This document shows positions 58,268-64,000 of a DNA stretch of 64,000 nt, piece after piece. Each line of letters begins with the position of its first letter. Within the stretch, counting starts at the first letter, position 1. Source of the stretch: an uncultured Chloroflexia bacterium (GTDB lineage Bacteria; Chloroflexota; Limnocylindria; Limnocylindrales; CSP1-4). Both the position numbers and the translations under genes were made by a program. A model generated the notes under the pieces. That model did not search any database and had not been told where the DNA came from. It saw nothing but the letters and a program-made list of their open reading frames with translations. Where the stretch lies: contig CAVVJT010000004.1 in the NCBI GenBank assembly GCA_963748625.1, positions 288,001-352,000 on the forward strand, written 5' to 3'.

Positions 58268-60955
58268 GTGCAGGTCGGGACCCGGACGGGCACAGACAGG
58301 TCGTCGCGCATCCTCGCGCTTGCAGTCGCCACAGCGCTGGTGGCATCGCTGGGTGCCGCGGTAACGCCCGAAGCCACCCGGGCCTGGACTGACGGCGCCA
58401 CCCACATCAACGTCGGCCCCGGCTATCCCGACGCCGGCGTCTACCCGCCGGTCGCGGGCCAGCCGCTGATCGTCGAGGTCGCGCCAGCGGACACGCAGTA
58501 CCTGGCGGGCAACTTCACGGACACCGTCCGCATCTCCACGACGGACCCCCAGGCCACGGTGCAGATCGTCCCCGGGGGACCCTCCTCCTCCCTGCCGTTG
58601 AACTACGGCTTCGACTGCGTCATCCCCTACATCGGCTGCAACGACTTCTTCGGGCATGACTTCACCTTCACGTTCCGGACGGCGGGCCCCCAGACGATCT
58701 CGGTCTACGACGTGTCGGCCCCATCGATCGCCGGGTCCTGGGCGATCAACGTGGCGCCCGGGGCCGCCAGCTCGTTGACGTTGTCGAACCTCCCGGCCAC
58801 CTCCACGGCGGGTGCCCTGACACCGGTCAAGGCCACGGTCAAGGACGCGCTCGGGAACGTCGCCACCAACTACACGGGCACCGTTCGCATGTCCAGCACG
58901 GACCCGTCGGCGGTCCTGCCCGTGGATCACGTGTTCACCACCGCGGAGCAGGGCGTGGCCTGGCTTGACGTGCGCCTCATGAGCACCGGCTCCCGATCGG
59001 TGACGGTGGCCGACATCGCGAACGCCTCGCTGACGAACACGAAGTCCACGACCGTCACCACGGCCGCCCACATCAACTTCGAGATCACCGCGCCGGACAA
59101 CATCTTCGCCGGGTACTACATCGGCGGGCTGCTCCAGGCGATGACGTCGGCCAACGTGCTCGATCCTGCCTACCGGGGCACCGTGCACTTCACGTGCTCC
59201 GATCCGTTGGCCGAGCTCCCCGCCGACTACGCCTTCACCGCGGGGGCCGCGGGCTCCGACAACTTCATCCTTGGCGAGGTCAAGTTCAAGACCGCGGGCC
59301 GCCACACCCTGACGGCGACCGACACCGCCAACCCGTTGATCACGGGCAGCGTGGTGATCGACGTCAAGGGCGGCACGGTGGCCTCCATCGCCTTCGAGAA
59401 TCTGCCCGGCACCATGACCGCCGGCTCCACCCCGACCTTCACGGTGGTCGTGCGCGACGCCTACGGGAACCTCGCCCAGGACATCAAGAAGGTCCACTTC
59501 ACCAGCACCGATGCCCAGGCGGCGCTGCCTGTCGACTTCACGTTCCACGCCGCCGACTACGGCCGCCACCAGTTCACCCTCGGACTGCGGACGGCCGGGT
59601 CGCAGACGCTCACGGGCGCGATCGTGGGCTACCCGGCGATCAACACCAACCGCTCCGTCGCGGTCCTGCCCGGCAGCACGGCCGCACTCGCCGTGTCCGG
59701 TCTGCCGTCCACGGTCACCGCCGGCGAGGCCAACGCGCTCACCGTGCAGGCCCGTGACGCTTGGGGCAACGCCGCCTACGGCTATACCGGGACGGTCCAC
59801 TTCACCTCGACCGATCCGTCGGCCACCCTGCCGGCCAACTACGCATTCACCCTGGCCGACCATGGGGCCAAGGGCTTCCTGGTCACACTGCGCGCAGGCG
59901 GCACGCGGTCGGTGACGGCAGCCGATATCGGCAATGCGGGGATCACCGGCACGCAGGCGGGCGTCACCGTGTCGATCACGGACACATCAGCGCCCACCGC
60001 AACGGTCACCACCCCTGCTGCAGCCACCAGGGCGACCGACGTCGTGTACACGGTCGCCTTCAACGAGACGGTCACCGGGCTGGCCGCGGGCGACTTCACG
60101 CGGACCGGAACGGCGACCGGGTGCACGGTGGGCGCGCCTGCGGGCTCCGGCAGCTCGTACATGGTCACGGTCACCGGCTGCTCCGAGGGCACGCTCGGAC
60201 TCGCGCTGAACGCCAACTCGGTGGTCGACGCGGCATCGAACACGGGTCCGACAGCCAACGTGGCGGGCACCCCCGGCGTGACGCTGGACCGCTCCGGGCC
60301 GGTCATCTCCGACCTCAGGATCCGGCCGGTGGTGGGTGCGAGGCTCTCCGGCACGGCCGTACCCGTCGTGCTGACCTGGCTGGGCTCGGATGTGACTGGC
60401 ATCGACTCGTACGCGGTGCTGCGCAGCACCGACGGTGGCGCGAGCTGGATCACGCTGACCGGCGACCACCAGGCGACCTCCTACACCACCACGGTCGCGA
60501 CCACGGGCTCAGTCCGGTTCGGCATCGCGGGCATGGACACGTTGTCCACCTCCGGCGCCACGACAAGGACCGCCACCTTCTCGCCCAGGCTGGTCCAGCA
60601 GTCGTCGAGCGCGGTCTCGTGGGGCGGCACGTGGAAGAAGGCCACCGGCCCGTCCTGGTCGGGAGGCTCGGCGAAGTACGCCTCCACCAAGGGCCGGAGC
60701 GCGACGTACAAGGTCACGGGGAGGGCCGTCGCCCTGGTGGCGCTCAAGGCGCCAAATCGGGGCAAGCTCAAGATCTACGTCGGAGGCACGTATCAGACCA
60801 CGATCGATCTCTCCAAGGTGTCTGCAGCGGCCTACAGGACCGTGGTCTGGCAGGCGACCTGGCCCACTGTCCGGACGCGCACGATCAAGGTGGTGGTGGT
60901 CGGCACGGGTTCCCACCCCCGGGTTGACGTGGACGCGTTCGTGGCCTTCAAGTAG
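58268..60955 (+). CDS. Large secreted Ig-like repeat surface protein
   Basis: Signal peptide; about 5 repeats of Y.GTVHFTSTD..A.LP.DY.FT; basic C-terminal beta domain; start approximate. Confidence 0.8.
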   Translation: MQVGTRTGTDRSSRILALAVATALVASLGAAVTPEATRAWTDGATHINVGPGYPDAGVYPPVAGQPLIVEVAPADTQYLAGNFTDTVRISTTDPQATVQIVPGGPSSSLPLNYGFDCVIPYIGCNDFFGHDFTFTFRTAGPQTISVYDVSAPSIAGSWAINVAPGAASSLTLSNLPATSTAGALTPVKATVKDALGNVATNYTGTVRMSSTDPSAVLPVDHVFTTAEQGVAWLDVRLMSTGSRSVTVADIANASLTNTKSTTVTTAAHINFEITAPDNIFAGYYIGGLLQAMTSANVLDPAYRGTVHFTCSDPLAELPADYAFTAGAAGSDNFILGEVKFKTAGRHTLTATDTANPLITGSVVIDVKGGTVASIAFENLPGTMTAGSTPTFTVVVRDAYGNLAQDIKKVHFTSTDAQAALPVDFTFHAADYGRHQFTLGLRTAGSQTLTGAIVGYPAINTNRSVAVLPGSTAALAVSGLPSTVTAGEANALTVQARDAWGNAAYGYTGTVHFTSTDPSATLPANYAFTLADHGAKGFLVTLRAGGTRSVTAADIGNAGITGTQAGVTVSITDTSAPTATVTTPAAATRATDVVYTVAFNETVTGLAAGDFTRTGTATGCTVGAPAGSGSSYMVTVTGCSEGTLGLALNANSVVDAASNTGPTANVAGTPGVTLDRSGPVISDLRIRPVVGARLSGTAVPVVLTWLGSDVTGIDSYAVLRSTDGGASWITLTGDHQATSYTTTVATTGSVRFGIAGMDTLSTSGATTRTATFSPRLVQQSSSAVSWGGTWKKATGPSWSGGSAKYASTKGRSATYKVTGRAVALVALKAPNRGKLKIYVGGTYQTTIDLSKVSAAAYRTVVWQATWPTVRTRTIKVVVVGTGSHPRVDVDAFVAFK

Positions 60956-61147
60956 GACCGGCGGGCTCGCGGCGCCATCGAGACGACCGGCACACGACAT
61001 GGCGCCCGACATCCCTCCGGCGGCCACCGGCGAAGAGAAGGCAGGCACAACCGTCGCCAGTCCATTCCTCCAGCAGTGCTAGAGTCCGCCCCGTGAGCGC
61101 CGATCTTCCCTTCAACCTCCCGCCTGTCGATCCATCCGCCGCAGCTG

Positions 61148-61795
61148 ATGTCCCCACGGACGTCGCTCTCGCCCGAGCTGCTCGCCGGCCTCCTTGCCGA
61201 CGGTGACGACGAGCTCGCCGCCTGGACGCTGCGCCATGCCCTCGAGGAGCGCTCCCGCGCAGAGGTCTTCGACGGCATCCTCCGCCAGGCGATGGCCCTC
61301 GTCGGCGAGCGCTGGCGGACCGGCCAGTGGACGATCGCCGAGGAGCACCTGGCATCCCGGACGCTCCTCCGCACGCTGGAGCGGATCCGGCCCGAGTTGA
61401 GCCCGGAGGGGCGCGTCGGCCCCATGGCGGTGCTGGCCGGCGTCGCGGGCGAGCATCACATGATCGGCCTGGTCTGCCTGGAGCAGGTGCTCGCGGAGGA
61501 CGGCTGGACCGTCGCCAACCTGGGAGCCGACCTGCCGGCGACGGACCTCGGCACGTTCGTGCGACGCAACGAGGTCGACCTCGTCTGTCTCTCCGCCACC
61601 CATCCGGATCGTGTCGGCCAGCTCGCCGATTCCGTCGAGGCGGTCCGCGCTGCCGGCGGTACACGGGAGATCGCGGTGCTCATCGGCGGTCACATCGCCG
61701 GGGTGCCCAACCTCGCCTCAACGCTCGAGGTCGAGGTGGTCCACTCGGTCGGCGAAGCGGTGCGGGCCGCGGCGAGGCATCGCCCGAGCGCCTGA
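61148..61795 (+). CDS. Stand-alone cobalamin-binding protein (CarH/AerR-type B12 module)
   Basis: Wx9EH (WRTGQWTIAEEH) plus EHHMIG and Rossmann domain; no HTH. Confidence 0.88.
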   Translation: MSPRTSLSPELLAGLLADGDDELAAWTLRHALEERSRAEVFDGILRQAMALVGERWRTGQWTIAEEHLASRTLLRTLERIRPELSPEGRVGPMAVLAGVAGEHHMIGLVCLEQVLAEDGWTVANLGADLPATDLGTFVRRNEVDLVCLSATHPDRVGQLADSVEAVRAAGGTREIAVLIGGHIAGVPNLASTLEVEVVHSVGEAVRAAARHRPSA

Positions 61796-61812
61796 CCACG
61801 CCTCGGGCCCGA

Positions 61813-63591
<1,779 letters not shown>

Positions 63592-63648
63592 GGTCCGGCG
63601 ACGCTACCACATCGCGCGTCCCGTGCCGCGCCCGCGCTGCCCGCGGCG

Positions 63649-64000
63649 TCAGCGGTCGCCGAAGAGCTCAAGCAGGCCGGCGATCCGGGCGTCGCCCATG
63701 TTGGCAGCCAGCAGTGCGAAGACGCGGCCATCCGCGGGCGAGGACCAAGCCACGACGGTTTGCGCAGACCCGTCCGCACCGACCACATCCAGGCGCACGG
63801 CCGGCCTGCCGGCGACGGTGACGTCGCTCACCTCGTACGTGTCGGCACTCCGCAGCGCCCGAGCGCCGGCCTCGTAGAACTCCACCATCTGCTCGGGATC
63901 GAGACCGTCAGCATCGAACACGGCGACCGTGAACCCACTCGCCCCGCCGGTCTCCCAGGTCGCCCCTCCGAACCTGAGCTCCTCGATGCCGTGGGTCGCC
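63649..64000 (-). CDS. Hypothetical protein, 5' part outside the window
   Basis: Open frame running to the window edge, ends ...LELFGDR. Confidence 0.55.
   Translation of the reverse strand, partial: ATHGIEELRFGGATWETGGASGFTVAVFDADGLDPEQMVEFYEAGARALRSADTYEVSDVTVAGRPAVRLDVVGADGSAQTVVAWSSPADGRVFALLAANMGDARIAGLLELFGDR

Noticed and set aside
60956-61147. Cobalamin riboswitch before the B12-binding gene
   Set aside because: No B12-box/GGGAA...GCCACUG pattern is recognisable.

Overview
Very GC-rich bacterial chromosomal segment; gene style suggests Chloroflexota or Actinomycetota-like origin (inference). It carries about 62 CDS and tRNA-Lys(CTT). Main blocks: two ECF sigma/anti-sigma pairs; an M16 peptidase pair and MFS; CopC and ferritin; carAB under a tandem PyrR-binding leader; an MprAB-like two-component system with HtrA, an ApbE/FMN-binding/ferric-reductase flavinylation module, GT39 and YceI, linked by three TCTCAG-N5-TCTCA boxes; a five-gene [NiFe]-hydrogenase-like operon with a heptaheme cytochrome c; KdpD/KdpE-like genes next to a KimA-type K+ transporter; an integrase relic at tRNA-Lys; thiolase, hbd, meaB and isobutyryl-CoA-mutase-type genes; folE; a DUF3494 ice-binding protein; an Ig-repeat surface protein; and a stand-alone CarH-type B12-binding protein. 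The strongest candidate for an undescribed system is the hydrogenase-like operon: its large subunit keeps all four Ni/Fe cysteines but has replaced the proton-gate Glu and canopy Asp, and the small subunit and protease show parallel changes. Several single-base frameshifts look like long-read consensus errors. All family calls come from motif recognition by eye, with no database searches.
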